The notes under the pieces were generated by a model that worked only from the letters and a program-made list of their open reading frames with translations, had not been told where the DNA came from and searched no databases. A program made the translations under genes and the position numbers. From Porticoccaceae bacterium (lineage in GTDB: Bacteria; Pseudomonadota; Gammaproteobacteria; Pseudomonadales; Porticoccaceae): a stretch of 64,000 nucleotides of DNA. Shown here in pieces: positions 22,673 to 32,928 of the stretch. Numbering within the stretch: position 1 is the stretch's first letter; each line of letters starts with the position of its first letter. Where the stretch lies: positions 310,885-374,884 of the forward strand of contig JBMZBJ010000001.1 in the NCBI GenBank assembly GCA_049612225.1. The letters are read 5' to 3'.

Positions 22673-24574
22673 ATGGATCAGCGCAAAACCCAGAGACCCT
22701 ACGGCACCTGGCCGGCAGAGATCAGTGCTGAGTTAATCACCCGCGGGGCACCAAGTTTAAATTTCCTTTATGCCCATGGCGAATATCTGTACTGGGTGGA
22801 GAGTCGCCCCTGGGACGGCGGTCGCAATATGATTATGCGCCGCCATCCAGATGGCACAGTTGAAGACCTGCTGCCCAGCGGTTTTAGTCATCACAGCCGC
22901 GTCCACGAGTATGGCGGCAAGGCTTATACGGTAGCCGACAATCAACTCTACTTTGTCAATGGTGCCGATCAGCGTATCTATCAGTTGCAACTGGATGGCT
23001 CTGATGAACCCATCCCCCTGACTAGCAGCGGTCCGCGATTTGCCGACCTGGTGGTGGACTCCCAGCGTCGACAATTAATTGCGGTATGCGAGGACCATGG
23101 AGATGACCGCGAGCCGGAAAATTATCTGGCGGCAATTCCCCTAGATAGCAAACACCCTCAAGTTCAAAAACTGGTATCGGGAGCGGATTTTTACGCCTAT
23201 CCCGGCATCAGTCCAGACGGCCGCAAGCTGAGCTGGATACAGTGGTGTCATCCCCATATGCCCTGGGACTGTACCCAGCTGTGGCAGGCTAGTCTCAGCG
23301 AGGGAAAGGTATCTGATCAGATGCTAGTGGCCGGCGGCAGCGATGATCAGGCAATCCTCCAACCCCGATGGTCACCCGATAATCGACTGTTTTATATTTC
23401 CGACGCCAATAATTGGTGGAATCTACACAGTGCTGAAAGCGGTATGCTGCTCAACATGCAAGCGGAGTTTGCCACCCCACTGTGGCAGCTGGGCATGTCC
23501 AGCTATGATTTTATCGATACCAACACCCTGGGCTGTCTGTGGACTGAAGGGGGCGTCTGGCACTGTGGCACCCTGACTGTCGATAGCGGCAAGCTGACTC
23601 GGATGGAAAGCCTGCATACTTATAGGCTATCGGCCTGCTGCCATCAGGGTGCACTGTATATGGTCGCTGGCACACCGACGGCGGCCGATCAAATTATCAG
23701 TGTGGACACCGCGGGTAACAGCCTATCTGTTTACTCCCCTGCCAATCTGGATATAGAGGCTGGCAATCTGGCCAAACCCGAGTCAGTGTGCTTTGCCAGC
23801 GCCGATGGTCAGGAGGTCCAGGGATTTTTCTATCCACCCACGCACAGTCTCTATAAGGGGCAGGAAGGCGAACTACCACCGGTAATCTTGATCTGCCACG
23901 GCGGTCCCACCGGCGCTACCCACAGCGGTTTAAACCTCAAGATTCAGTATTGGACCAACCGCGGTTTTGCAGTGATGGATATCAACTACCGCGGCAGCAG
24001 CGGTTTTGGCCGCCAATTTAGGCAGGCTCTTGATGGAGCCTGGGGCATTGCCGATGTACAGGACACCCAATACGCTATCGATTATCTGGTTGAACAGCGG
24101 AAAGTCGATAGTCAGCGCTGCATTATCCGCGGTAGCAGTGCCGGTGGCTACACCGTGTTGTCGGCTCTGACCTTTACCACTAGCTTTAAAGCAGGTGCCA
24201 GTCTCTACGGCATTGGCGATTTGGAAACCCTAACTCGGGATACCCACAAATTCGAGTCGCGCTATCTAGATAAATTGGTTGGCCCCTACCCCGATGCGCG
24301 GGATACCTATATTGCGCGCTCACCGATCTACCATACCGACAGTCTTAACTGCCCGGTGATTTTCCTGCAGGGTCTGGAGGATCAGGTAGTGCCGCCCAAT
24401 CAGGCCAAGAGAATGGTGGATGCCCTAGAGGATCAGGGCATTGAAGTCGCCTATGTTACCTTTGCCGACGAGGGCCACGGATTTAGAAAGGCAGAAAATA
24501 TTATCCGTGCCCTGGAGTCGGAATTGGCGTTTTACCAGCACGTATTTAAGCTCGACATTCACAGCAATTCCTGA
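22673..24574 (+). CDS. S9 family serine peptidase (prolyl oligopeptidase / acylaminoacyl-peptidase-like)
   Basis: Beta-propeller N-terminal half. The C-terminal alpha/beta hydrolase has GSSAGGY (the nucleophile Ser), an Asp in LEDQVVP, and a His in DEGHGF. Start trimmed to MDQRK. Confidence 0.85.
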   Translation: MDQRKTQRPYGTWPAEISAELITRGAPSLNFLYAHGEYLYWVESRPWDGGRNMIMRRHPDGTVEDLLPSGFSHHSRVHEYGGKAYTVADNQLYFVNGADQRIYQLQLDGSDEPIPLTSSGPRFADLVVDSQRRQLIAVCEDHGDDREPENYLAAIPLDSKHPQVQKLVSGADFYAYPGISPDGRKLSWIQWCHPHMPWDCTQLWQASLSEGKVSDQMLVAGGSDDQAILQPRWSPDNRLFYISDANNWWNLHSAESGMLLNMQAEFATPLWQLGMSSYDFIDTNTLGCLWTEGGVWHCGTLTVDSGKLTRMESLHTYRLSACCHQGALYMVAGTPTAADQIISVDTAGNSLSVYSPANLDIEAGNLAKPESVCFASADGQEVQGFFYPPTHSLYKGQEGELPPVILICHGGPTGATHSGLNLKIQYWTNRGFAVMDINYRGSSGFGRQFRQALDGAWGIADVQDTQYAIDYLVEQRKVDSQRCIIRGSSAGGYTVLSALTFTTSFKAGASLYGIGDLETLTRDTHKFESRYLDKLVGPYPDARDTYIARSPIYHTDSLNCPVIFLQGLEDQVVPPNQAKRMVDALEDQGIEVAYVTFADEGHGFRKAENIIRALESELAFYQHVFKLDIHSNS

Positions 24575-24577
24575 GTT

Positions 24578-25081
24578 ATGTCCCGCTATCGCCCTCCACA
24601 ACCCAAGAGCTCACCCTATATTACCGCGGAGGGCGCTGCTAAATTGCGCGAGGAGTTGCGCTACTTGTGGAAAGTCGAGCGCCCCCAGGTGACCCAAACG
24701 GTTCACGAAGCGGCTAAAAACGGCGATCGATCGGAAAATGGCGACTATATCTACGGCAAGCGTCGGTTGCGAGAGATCGACCGGCGGGTGCGCTATCTGA
24801 ATGCACGCCTGGAAAATGCCACTATTGTCGACAGCAGGCCCAGAGACCGCTCCAAGGTATTCTTCGCCGCCTGGGTCATGGTAGAAGATCAAGATAATGC
24901 ACAAGCACAACCTCAGCGGTACCGACTAGTGGGCGCCGACGAAATTGATGCTGAGCGCAACTGGATCAGTATTGACTCACCTATGGCTAGAGCTTTAATT
25001 GGTAAATCTGTGGATGATGAGATACGAGTGCAGACTCCCAGCGGCGAGCGACACTTAGTTATTACAGCTATAGATTACTAG
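24578..25081 (+). CDS. greB: Transcription elongation factor GreB
   Basis: 167 aa, YITAEGAAKLREELRYLW...GDRSENGDY.YGKRRLREIDRR. Confidence 0.88.
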   Translation: MSRYRPPQPKSSPYITAEGAAKLREELRYLWKVERPQVTQTVHEAAKNGDRSENGDYIYGKRRLREIDRRVRYLNARLENATIVDSRPRDRSKVFFAAWVMVEDQDNAQAQPQRYRLVGADEIDAERNWISIDSPMARALIGKSVDDEIRVQTPSGERHLVITAIDY

Positions 25082-25144
25082 GGGTGTTCTGGCAGGGAAG
25101 TATTCCCTTCTTCGGAACTTTTATGCGCCCAATTGAGAGTGCCC

Positions 25145-25780
25145 CTAGGGCGATAAGCGGGTTATTTGCCACTTCTCTCCGCTCAGGGCATAACGAAATC
25201 TATCGTGGAGTCTATTTTCACCCCCCTGCCAAAACTCCATTTCACTGGGGACTACCAGATAACCACCCCAAAAATTGGGTAGCGGTATCTCAGCGCCAGT
25301 ATATTTCTGCTCCAAAGCGTCGTATTGCTGCTGCAACTGCTGTCGAGATTCGATGGGTGTACTCTGCTGAGAGGCCCAGGCCGCCAATTGGCTCGCCCTG
25401 GGGCGACTGGAAAAATATTTTTCAACCTCCGCATCTCCAAGGCGCTCGGCTCGCCCTGCAACAATCACCTGGCGGTCCATTTGCAACCAGGGAAAGTGCA
25501 GACAAACTTGGGGATTATTGTCCATATCCAGCGCTTTGCGACTCCCCAAGTTGGTGTAAAAAACCAGACCACGGTGATCGAAACCCTTTAGCAGCACCAT
25601 CCGCGACCAGAGTTTGCCATCGGCGCCCAGGGTTGACAGACTCATAGCAGTTGGGTCGACAATCTCTGCTGCCAGTGCCTGATCCATCCACAGCTTAAAC
25701 TGCGCGTAGGGATCACTTGCCAGTGACTCGCGGCTCAGTTCACCGTAGGTATATTCACGTCGATTATCTTGTAAGCTCAT
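25145..25780 (-). CDS. pdxH: Pyridoxamine 5'-phosphate oxidase
   Basis: 211 aa with a C-terminal ...EFWQGGENRLHDRF.Y motif. Confidence 0.92.
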   Translation of the reverse strand: MSLQDNRREYTYGELSRESLASDPYAQFKLWMDQALAAEIVDPTAMSLSTLGADGKLWSRMVLLKGFDHRGLVFYTNLGSRKALDMDNNPQVCLHFPWLQMDRQVIVAGRAERLGDAEVEKYFSSRPRASQLAAWASQQSTPIESRQQLQQQYDALEQKYTGAEIPLPNFWGGYLVVPSEMEFWQGGENRLHDRFRYALSGEKWQITRLSP

Positions 25781-25845
25781 AGGGATCCCTTACGCAATTT
25801 TTCACTAAGCCGTTCAATAAAAGTCGCTATCAATGCCAGCAGTTT

Positions 25846-26613
25846 CTAGAGATTACCCAGACTCTGGGCGCCATCTACCGGCAGTGCAACACCATTGACA
25901 AAGGCACCTGCATCACTGGCCAACAGCAAAAAAGGCGCGGCCAAATCCTCAAGCGAGCCCAGATATCCCGCTGGAGACATCTTAATAAAAGCCTCTCCGG
26001 CCGGTGTGTTGATATAGTCGGCAGTCATTTCGGTTTCAAAGTAGCCGGGACAGAGGGCATTGACGCGAATATTCTTGCGCGCCCACTCTAGGGCCAAGGC
26101 CTTAGTCATATGGATTACACCGGCTTTTGAAGCGCTGTAACTGGCTTGGGCAAAGGCATTCCTGATACCCAGTATCGAAGCAGTATTGACAATACTGCCG
26201 CCAACGCCGGCGGCAATCATGCGCTTGGCCGCCTCATTGGCCACCACCCAGGCACCCTTTAAATTGGTATCAATGATCCGATCCCAGCTCTCCTCTGAGG
26301 TCTTTAAAGATGATCTCGCATCGGCAATACCAGCGTTGTTGGCCACCACGGTGACGGTCCCAAAGGCCGCTTGAGCACAGTCGAAAGCGTCAACAATGGA
26401 CTGGCTATCAGTGACATCCATATTTACTGCCAACGCCTCGCCGCCTGCTGCCTCAATAGCCTTGACCAAATCAGTGAGGCGCTCTGCGCGGCGCGCGGCC
26501 AGTACCACCTTGGCCCCTCTGTCAGCGAGTACTTTAGCGAAGTGGGCACCGATGCCACTGGATGCACCGGTAACCATGGCCACTTTATTTTGCATATTAA
26601 ATTCTGTTGTCAT
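25846..26613 (-). CDS. Short-chain dehydrogenase/reductase (SDR) family oxidoreductase
   Basis: TGASSGIG cofactor motif and YSASK catalytic motif. The substrate is unknown. Confidence 0.85.
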   Translation of the reverse strand: MTTEFNMQNKVAMVTGASSGIGAHFAKVLADRGAKVVLAARRAERLTDLVKAIEAAGGEALAVNMDVTDSQSIVDAFDCAQAAFGTVTVVANNAGIADARSSLKTSEESWDRIIDTNLKGAWVVANEAAKRMIAAGVGGSIVNTASILGIRNAFAQASYSASKAGVIHMTKALALEWARKNIRVNALCPGYFETEMTADYINTPAGEAFIKMSPAGYLGSLEDLAAPFLLLASDAGAFVNGVALPVDGAQSLGNL

Positions 26614-26631
26614 TCTTTGTTCTCACTGTGA

Positions 26632-27324
26632 TTAACTGTAGGTAATAAACTGAGCCATCTCATTGGTATCTAAATGTGGCAAACCATTAAAACTACTCAG
26701 ACTGAGTTTTTTACTATCAAGGTAGAAATGGCTGATGGCGGTATTTCGATACTGTAAATTTAGATCAAATATATTCTCGTCTGGAATGTCCAGAACTGTG
26801 CCCACAAAAGCACTGATAGATCCTCCCGAACCAATGGCTAGAATTCTTCGACGGCTGTCAGCTAAAGATTGAATCTGCTGCTGAGCACTCTGCAGGCGGG
26901 CCCTGAACTCAATCCAGGTCTCAGCCACCTCCGGCAGTTGCCCTTTGGCCCAGAGCGTCAGCGCCTTGCGCAACAGTCGGTGGTGACTTTTGGTATCGGT
27001 GGGATCCTGTTGAATTCGGTCTAACAACGGATCATCGGCGTGATTGTCGCTGTAGACTTCTACTATATTGTGAAAATCATACTCATTGAGACCGGGAATC
27101 ACCAGACGATCACTGGTATCCACTGCCAATCCAGCAGATATTCCATCCATAGTTTGATGATGGCGATGCATATCACCCACCACAAAGCAATCAAACTCAA
27201 TTTTGCGCTGCTTTAGATAGTCGCCCAACCAGCGCGATTGGCGATGACCAAGTTCAGACAGTTGATCATAATTTGCCGCACCAAAAGACGCCTGGGCATG
27301 GCGCACCAGATAAAGTTCACTCAT
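26632..27324 (-). CDS. Histidine phosphatase (phosphoglycerate mutase-like) family protein
   Basis: N-terminal LYLVRHAQA (an RHG-type motif) and 230 aa. Confidence 0.7.
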   Translation of the reverse strand: MSELYLVRHAQASFGAANYDQLSELGHRQSRWLGDYLKQRKIEFDCFVVGDMHRHHQTMDGISAGLAVDTSDRLVIPGLNEYDFHNIVEVYSDNHADDPLLDRIQQDPTDTKSHHRLLRKALTLWAKGQLPEVAETWIEFRARLQSAQQQIQSLADSRRRILAIGSGGSISAFVGTVLDIPDENIFDLNLQYRNTAISHFYLDSKKLSLSSFNGLPHLDTNEMAQFITYS

Positions 27325-27615
27325 AGGTAGCTCAGTTATTGAAATTGGGTATAAATTTATACAGGCGGCTAATTTAACATAATTAGGGTGCCCAGCGGTT
27401 CGCTAATTTTGTCTCGTACCAGCTGTCACACATAGGGCGAATCTGCCAGGGGCCCTTGGCCTGTCACTGCGCAAGGGATGAGCGACTTTCTTTACAGTAT
27501 GACAAGCGGAGCTAGCTACCCCATCTATAACCGAGTATACTCCGCGGCCTTTGCTCATATCACCATTTTCACTATCGGGTAGCTATGCCCGAGAGCCTAC
27601 AACAAAGGTAACTTC

Positions 27616-29472
27616 ATGTCCTCCAATGACTTCCTATCACTGGGCATCTCAGCACCGGTTCTAAAAGCCGTGCAACAGTTGGGTTACGAACAGCCCTCTC
27701 CTATCCAAGCTCAGAGTATCCCCATACTGCTCGGGGGACAAAACTTACTGGGTACCGCCCAGACCGGCACTGGCAAGACTGCTGCCTTTGCTCTACCCCT
27801 GTTAAGTGGCATTGATAGCGCCCAAAAAACCCCACAGATTCTGGTGCTGACCCCCACTCGTGAACTGGCCATCCAAGTGGCTGAGGCGTTTAAAAGTTAC
27901 GCCAAATATATCGACCGGTTTAATGTGCTGCCAATCTATGGTGGTGCCGATATTGGCGGCCAACTGCGCGGGCTGAAGCGCGGTGCTCAGGTGGTGGTTG
28001 GCACCCCCGGGCGGATTCTCGACCATCTGCGGCGCAAAAGCCTCAATTTAAGTCAGATTAAGGGATTGGTTCTGGATGAAGCCGATGAGATGCTGCGTAT
28101 GGGCTTTATCGACGATGTGGAAACTATCCTTGCGAAAACTCCCGATAACTGTCAGCGGGCACTGTTCTCCGCCACCATGCCAGCGGCGATCAAACGGGTC
28201 GCCGATACCTACCTGGGTGACGCACAGCAGGTGCGGATTGAAAGTAAAACCAAAACTGTGGAACGCATCTTCCAGCAGTATGTGACGGTCAAAGGTCATC
28301 AAAAGATGGATGCCCTGACCCGCATTCTCGAAGTGGAAGCCTTCGATGGCATGATTATCTTCGTGCGCACCAAATCCTCTACAGTCGACATAGCCGAGCG
28401 CCTCGAAGCGCGAGGAATGTCGGCAGCAGCGCTCAATGGCGACTTGAGCCAGGCACTGAGGGAACGCACCATCAATCAATTAAAGCGCGGCAAGATCGAT
28501 ATCATAGTGGCCACCGACGTCGCCGCCCGTGGACTGGATGTCGAGCGCATCAGCCATGTGATCAACTTTGATATCCCCTACGACAACGAGTCCTATGTGC
28601 ACCGCATAGGCCGCACCGGCCGTGCCGGTAGAGAGGGTAAAGCGATACTGTTTATTACCCCCAAAGAAACCAGACTGCTGCGCTCTATTGAAAAATCAAC
28701 CCGCCAGTCGATTGTGCCTCTGACCATGCCCAGCAATCAGGAAGTCAGCAATCAGCGTATCCAGCAGTTTACCCAACAGCTGGTCAAAACCCTGGAGACC
28801 CCGAGACTGGATAAATTCCGGGCAATGATCCTCAACTTCGCCGAAGAAAATGGCTTGGATATGGCCGATATAGCCGCAGCCCTGACCTACCAGAATCAAC
28901 AAGAGCGGCCGCTGTTTCCAAAATTAGATAATATTGTGGCGCCCCGCCCCGAGCCCTCCAGTAGCGGCAATCAAAAAAACACTAATCACAGAGATAGCAA
29001 GCGCAGTAAGGCCGAGAAAAAAACTAAACGGGACCGCACATTGCGAGATGAGGATGGAAAGGTCATCCCGATGATGACTTACCGTCTCGAAGTGGGCAAA
29101 AACGATCAAGTGGAACCGGCCAATATAGTCGGCGCTATCGCCAATGAGGCAGATATTAGCAGCCAGTATATAGGGCGGGTAGAACTGTTCGAAACCTACA
29201 GCACTGTAGACCTGCCCGAGGGTATGCCCAGTGAGATCTTTAATCATCTCAAAAAGGTCAGAGTGCGCGGCAACCCACTAAAAATTAGCCTGCTGACGGA
29301 CAGTCAGCGGCCACAGCCGCCGCGGGCAACACCGAGTACAAAAGCTAGTACAAAGCCTAAAAAGTCTAAAAGCGCAAAGCCCAAACCCAAGTCCAAACCC
29401 AAACAAAGGTCACAATCTGGCGCTGGAGCAAAGACTTCCAAGAACCCACCCCGAGGGGGGAAGAAAAAATAA
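27616..29472 (+). CDS. deaD: DEAD-box ATP-dependent RNA helicase DeaD/CsdA
   Basis: Q-motif, AQTGTGKT, DEAD, SAT, HRIGRTGRAG, a DbpA-like domain and a Lys-rich tail. Confidence 0.93.
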   Translation: MSSNDFLSLGISAPVLKAVQQLGYEQPSPIQAQSIPILLGGQNLLGTAQTGTGKTAAFALPLLSGIDSAQKTPQILVLTPTRELAIQVAEAFKSYAKYIDRFNVLPIYGGADIGGQLRGLKRGAQVVVGTPGRILDHLRRKSLNLSQIKGLVLDEADEMLRMGFIDDVETILAKTPDNCQRALFSATMPAAIKRVADTYLGDAQQVRIESKTKTVERIFQQYVTVKGHQKMDALTRILEVEAFDGMIIFVRTKSSTVDIAERLEARGMSAAALNGDLSQALRERTINQLKRGKIDIIVATDVAARGLDVERISHVINFDIPYDNESYVHRIGRTGRAGREGKAILFITPKETRLLRSIEKSTRQSIVPLTMPSNQEVSNQRIQQFTQQLVKTLETPRLDKFRAMILNFAEENGLDMADIAAALTYQNQQERPLFPKLDNIVAPRPEPSSSGNQKNTNHRDSKRSKAEKKTKRDRTLRDEDGKVIPMMTYRLEVGKNDQVEPANIVGAIANEADISSQYIGRVELFETYSTVDLPEGMPSEIFNHLKKVRVRGNPLKISLLTDSQRPQPPRATPSTKASTKPKKSKSAKPKPKSKPKQRSQSGAGAKTSKNPPRGGKKK

Positions 29473-29503
29473 CCGTCCTCAGCGGGAATTTATGGTGCCA
29501 TAA

Positions 29504-31600
29504 CTACTGATGGCGCCGAAAAGGCGGTAGGGCTTCCAATAACTGCGCACCATAGCGCTTGGTGTTCAGTCGCTTATCCAAAATAAGCACTCTGCCAGTA
29601 TCGGTCTCAGTGCGCAGCAGGCGACCACAGGCTTGCGTGAGGCGAAGAGAGGCAATGGGTAGGCTGAGATCAAAGAAGGCATTGCCACCATTATCTTCAA
29701 TCCACTCCGCTAGTGCTTCGTGTAGCGGGTCATCGGGAACCACAAACGGCAGCTTGGCAATCACTACCTGTTTGCAGTAGTCGCCGGGCAGGTCGACGCC
29801 CTCGGCAAAACTGGCCAATCCCATCAACACGGATGTCTTGCGCTGATCGATGCGCTCTTTGTGCAGGCGCACCATCTCCCGATTGGCGTACTGACCCTGC
29901 ATAATAATGCGTTGCTGCAGATCGGTGTCCAAACCCTCGAAGACCTCCTGCATTTGTCGCCTAGAGGAGAACAATACCAGTGTGCCGACTCGCTGTTCGA
30001 TCATGGAGCCAAGGCTGTTGATTATATAGTCGGTATGCTGCTCAGCTCGATTGCCCTCAACACAGTCCTCCGGCACTTCTAAGGTGGCGGCTTGGTTGTA
30101 GTTAAAGGCGCCGGCGACAGTTAAAAACTGGGCGCTGTCGGGAATGCCGGTCTCGCGAACAAGGCTGTTAAAGCTACCCAGAGATCTCAGGGTCGCCGAA
30201 GTGATAACGGCGGCATAACAACTGCCCCACAGCTGATCGCGCAGGATTTCGTTGGCCTGTACCGGACTGGCGTGGATAGCGATATCCAGATTGCCAGAGT
30301 CACTTTGATCCAAATTCAACCAACAGGCCATGGGCGTACCCTTGCTTGTAAGGTCTCCCTTAAGGCGGTCCCAGAGCGCTATGAGTGCCTCGGTTTTGGA
30401 CAACCAGCTGCCCACCTGTTGATAGAACAGTTCAACATCCGCCGCGGGCACTGGATATTTTTGATTGCTCATCGCTTCACTGAGGATATCTTCCAGCGCT
30501 TCAATATGACTCAGCAGACCACTCCCACAGGCGCTGATCTGTTGCGCTAGATCGCGGATAGCGGTACCCACATCGCCCTGGGGGAAGCGATAGCGCTGCT
30601 CGACCCCATCGGCGGCGTCCAGCAGTTGTTTTAACAGGGGATAGGCGATTGAAAGCTGCTCGCTGATCTCAGCACCTCCCCGCTCAATGCGCGGCAACAG
30701 TTGGCAGATTTCACTGTCTTTAGCAAATAGCGGTGTCTGGCCTTTAATTTGTTTCGGCAGGCGCTCCAGCCAATTGAGGGTGCTGTTGATTCGGCACTGG
30801 GCGCCGAAATGGGAGGTGGCGGTATCCCCTAAACGGTGGCCCTCATCAAAGATATAGATACAGTCTTCCGGCGCTGGCAGGATAGCACCACCCCCCAGCG
30901 CCAAGTCGGCCATCACCAAGTCGTGATTGGCGACAATACAGTCGGCCTCTTCGAGTTCACTGCGCGCTCTGTAGAACGCACATTGATTAATAAACCGACA
31001 TTGGCGGCCACTGCACTGACGGCGATCAATAGTCAGTGCCCGCCAATCACTGGGTGGTATAGATTCATCCCAGGCATCTCGGTCGCCGTCCCAACTGCCC
31101 TCTTCCAGAGCATTGGAGAGTTCGGTATAGAGCTTTTCTGTCTGTTGATTGGGGTTGAACTGTAACTCATCCTCAAACAAAAATAATCCATCATCCTTGG
31201 CATTGATGGCCTCCATACACTGACTTAACCGCAGGTTGCAGACATAGCGACCGCGCCCTTTAACCAGCGCGATATCGTAGTCCCAGTCACAGGCACTGAG
31301 CAGGTCTGGGATATCCTTGTGAATCAACTGTTCCTGCAGAGCAATAGTGCCAGTGGCCACCACCAGAGTCTTATCAAGGGATCGCGCCACTGGCAGCGCG
31401 GCGATTAAGTAGGCAACGGTTTTACCGGTACCTGTACCGGCCTCGATAGCCGCCAGCCGCTGATCAGGATCCTCAGCACAGAGACTGTTGGCAATCGCTG
31501 CAATCATCTGCTTCTGACCGAGACGGGGTTTCAGGTTGCGGCTCGCCAAGAACTGTTTGTAGGCGTTCTGAATACTCTCCCTGTTAGTTTGATCTAGCAA
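29504..31600 (-). CDS. dinG: ATP-dependent DNA helicase DinG
   Basis: 698 aa with GTGTGKT, a DEGH box (IFDEGHRL), and a Cys cluster consistent with the Fe-S domain. It has a TTG start. Confidence 0.88.
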   Translation of the reverse strand: MLDQTNRESIQNAYKQFLASRNLKPRLGQKQMIAAIANSLCAEDPDQRLAAIEAGTGTGKTVAYLIAALPVARSLDKTLVVATGTIALQEQLIHKDIPDLLSACDWDYDIALVKGRGRYVCNLRLSQCMEAINAKDDGLFLFEDELQFNPNQQTEKLYTELSNALEEGSWDGDRDAWDESIPPSDWRALTIDRRQCSGRQCRFINQCAFYRARSELEEADCIVANHDLVMADLALGGGAILPAPEDCIYIFDEGHRLGDTATSHFGAQCRINSTLNWLERLPKQIKGQTPLFAKDSEICQLLPRIERGGAEISEQLSIAYPLLKQLLDAADGVEQRYRFPQGDVGTAIRDLAQQISACGSGLLSHIEALEDILSEAMSNQKYPVPAADVELFYQQVGSWLSKTEALIALWDRLKGDLTSKGTPMACWLNLDQSDSGNLDIAIHASPVQANEILRDQLWGSCYAAVITSATLRSLGSFNSLVRETGIPDSAQFLTVAGAFNYNQAATLEVPEDCVEGNRAEQHTDYIINSLGSMIEQRVGTLVLFSSRRQMQEVFEGLDTDLQQRIIMQGQYANREMVRLHKERIDQRKTSVLMGLASFAEGVDLPGDYCKQVVIAKLPFVVPDDPLHEALAEWIEDNGGNAFFDLSLPIASLRLTQACGRLLRTETDTGRVLILDKRLNTKRYGAQLLEALPPFRRHQ

Positions 31601-31678
31601 AAATTGATATCCCTAGTGGTTATAAAACTTGGCGGTGCCATCAGCACCTTAGCACCAGCTGGACTGCTGAATATGCAG

Positions 31679-32842
31679 TCACTGATGATAACCTAGTTGA
31701 TTGATCACCGGTGCGCTGTAGATGCCTATGATGATTTCTCTAAGTTCTTCAGGCAGCGAGTCGAGATAGCGCTCAAACTTAATTTCGGCCTCTGCCCAGT
31801 CTTCGTCTGGCCAGTTTTTCTGCAATAGCGCAAGGGTGGCACTATCTATCTGGCCCTCTCTCTGGCACTGCATTTGCCAAGCTATTATATGGGAGGGAAA
31901 AAGTTGATAGAGGCCGGTTATCTGGCGATCAATCTGTGCCGCCAAATCATCGGCATCATTAAAATTATGTTCAATGGGGTCACCAAAATTGACCTGGATT
32001 CGACCCTTGTAGCCCACAAAGCCCTTTTGAATGCTGTCTAAATCCTCATATTCGCGTTTAATATAGTCGCGACCCTGTGCAGCGGCAAGTAATTCTCCGG
32101 CTTTTTCCGCGATACAGGGGTCATATTCGTAGGACAGCGCCACCGGCATCAGCCGCAACTCACCGATGGCACTGGCAAAGCTCTGATCTGAGGATTTGGA
32201 TAGCGCCAGCATTTTCAACAGCGCAGTCTCAGTGCGGTCATTGCCATCTTTGGCCCGCCCCTCGGCCTGGGCAATCCAACAGGATACATTGTCCTGCTGA
32301 ATGCTGTGGCGGATATAGGCAGAGAGCTGCTTGAGGGCAGTCAGCTTTTCGCGCCGACCAGTGACCGACCGTTTGACGATAAAGCTGCGATTGACTCGCA
32401 TCAGGTCACTGGCAAAGGGCTTGCTCAAAAGATTGTCGCCGATTGCGATGCGCACTGTGTCCAAATCTATACTGTGCAGTGCCAAATTGACCATTGCCGG
32501 ATCCAGAGCGATATCCCGGTGGTTACTGATAAATAGATGGGCCCTGTGGGTATCCAATTGATCCAGGCCACCAAAACTATAGCCATCGGTGGTTTTGTCT
32601 AAGAGAGACTTGAGGCTAGCGGCCATATGGGATTGAAGATCCGCCACACTGACAACATCTGCTGTCAGCCTTTGCAGGCTGCGCCTGAGCAGAGGTCGCG
32701 CCAGCGGCCTCAACACCGCGGGCAATAGTGGCACTCGCCGTTCTAACAGTAGGTCGATAAACTCTTGATCGGCAATCAGCCTGTTGAGCACATCGGTAAC
32801 TTCTGCATCGTGGTAGGGACGAATATCATCAAACTGGTTCAT
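31679..32842 (-). CDS. Phospholipid/glycerol acyltransferase family protein (PlsC-like; tentative)
   Basis: 387 aa. The FISNHRDIALDP segment resembles the acyltransferase His/Asp box. The substrate is not assignable. Confidence 0.55.
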   Translation of the reverse strand: MNQFDDIRPYHDAEVTDVLNRLIADQEFIDLLLERRVPLLPAVLRPLARPLLRRSLQRLTADVVSVADLQSHMAASLKSLLDKTTDGYSFGGLDQLDTHRAHLFISNHRDIALDPAMVNLALHSIDLDTVRIAIGDNLLSKPFASDLMRVNRSFIVKRSVTGRREKLTALKQLSAYIRHSIQQDNVSCWIAQAEGRAKDGNDRTETALLKMLALSKSSDQSFASAIGELRLMPVALSYEYDPCIAEKAGELLAAAQGRDYIKREYEDLDSIQKGFVGYKGRIQVNFGDPIEHNFNDADDLAAQIDRQITGLYQLFPSHIIAWQMQCQREGQIDSATLALLQKNWPDEDWAEAEIKFERYLDSLPEELREIIIGIYSAPVINQLGYHQ

Positions 32843-32928
32843 GGATTGTGCCTTGTGGAAGAGCTTTTTGGGCAGCTTATAAGTCGAGGGTATAGGTTGG
32901 CTCAGTGATTATTCTCTGTTTACAGCGG

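Noticed and set aside
25084-25647. 187-aa ORF on the plus strand after greB
   Set aside because: Antisense to pdxH, whose translation carries the diagnostic PNPOx motifs. The plus-strand product is Pro/Arg-rich nonsense.
27326-27337. GGTAGCTCAGTT, resembling a tRNA D-arm
   Set aside because: The similarity ends after 12 nt. I could fold no acceptor stem, anticodon arm or T-arm (GTTCGAATC-like) around it. It directly abuts the start codon of the histidine phosphatase gene.
31664-31678. LexA-box-like CTGCTGAATATGCAG upstream of dinG
   Set aside because: The spacing is CTG-N9-CAG, one nt short of the canonical CTG-N10-CAG. The alternative register ends in CAC. It also overlaps the stop codon of the neighbouring acyltransferase gene. 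Not convincing without a genome-wide matrix scan.
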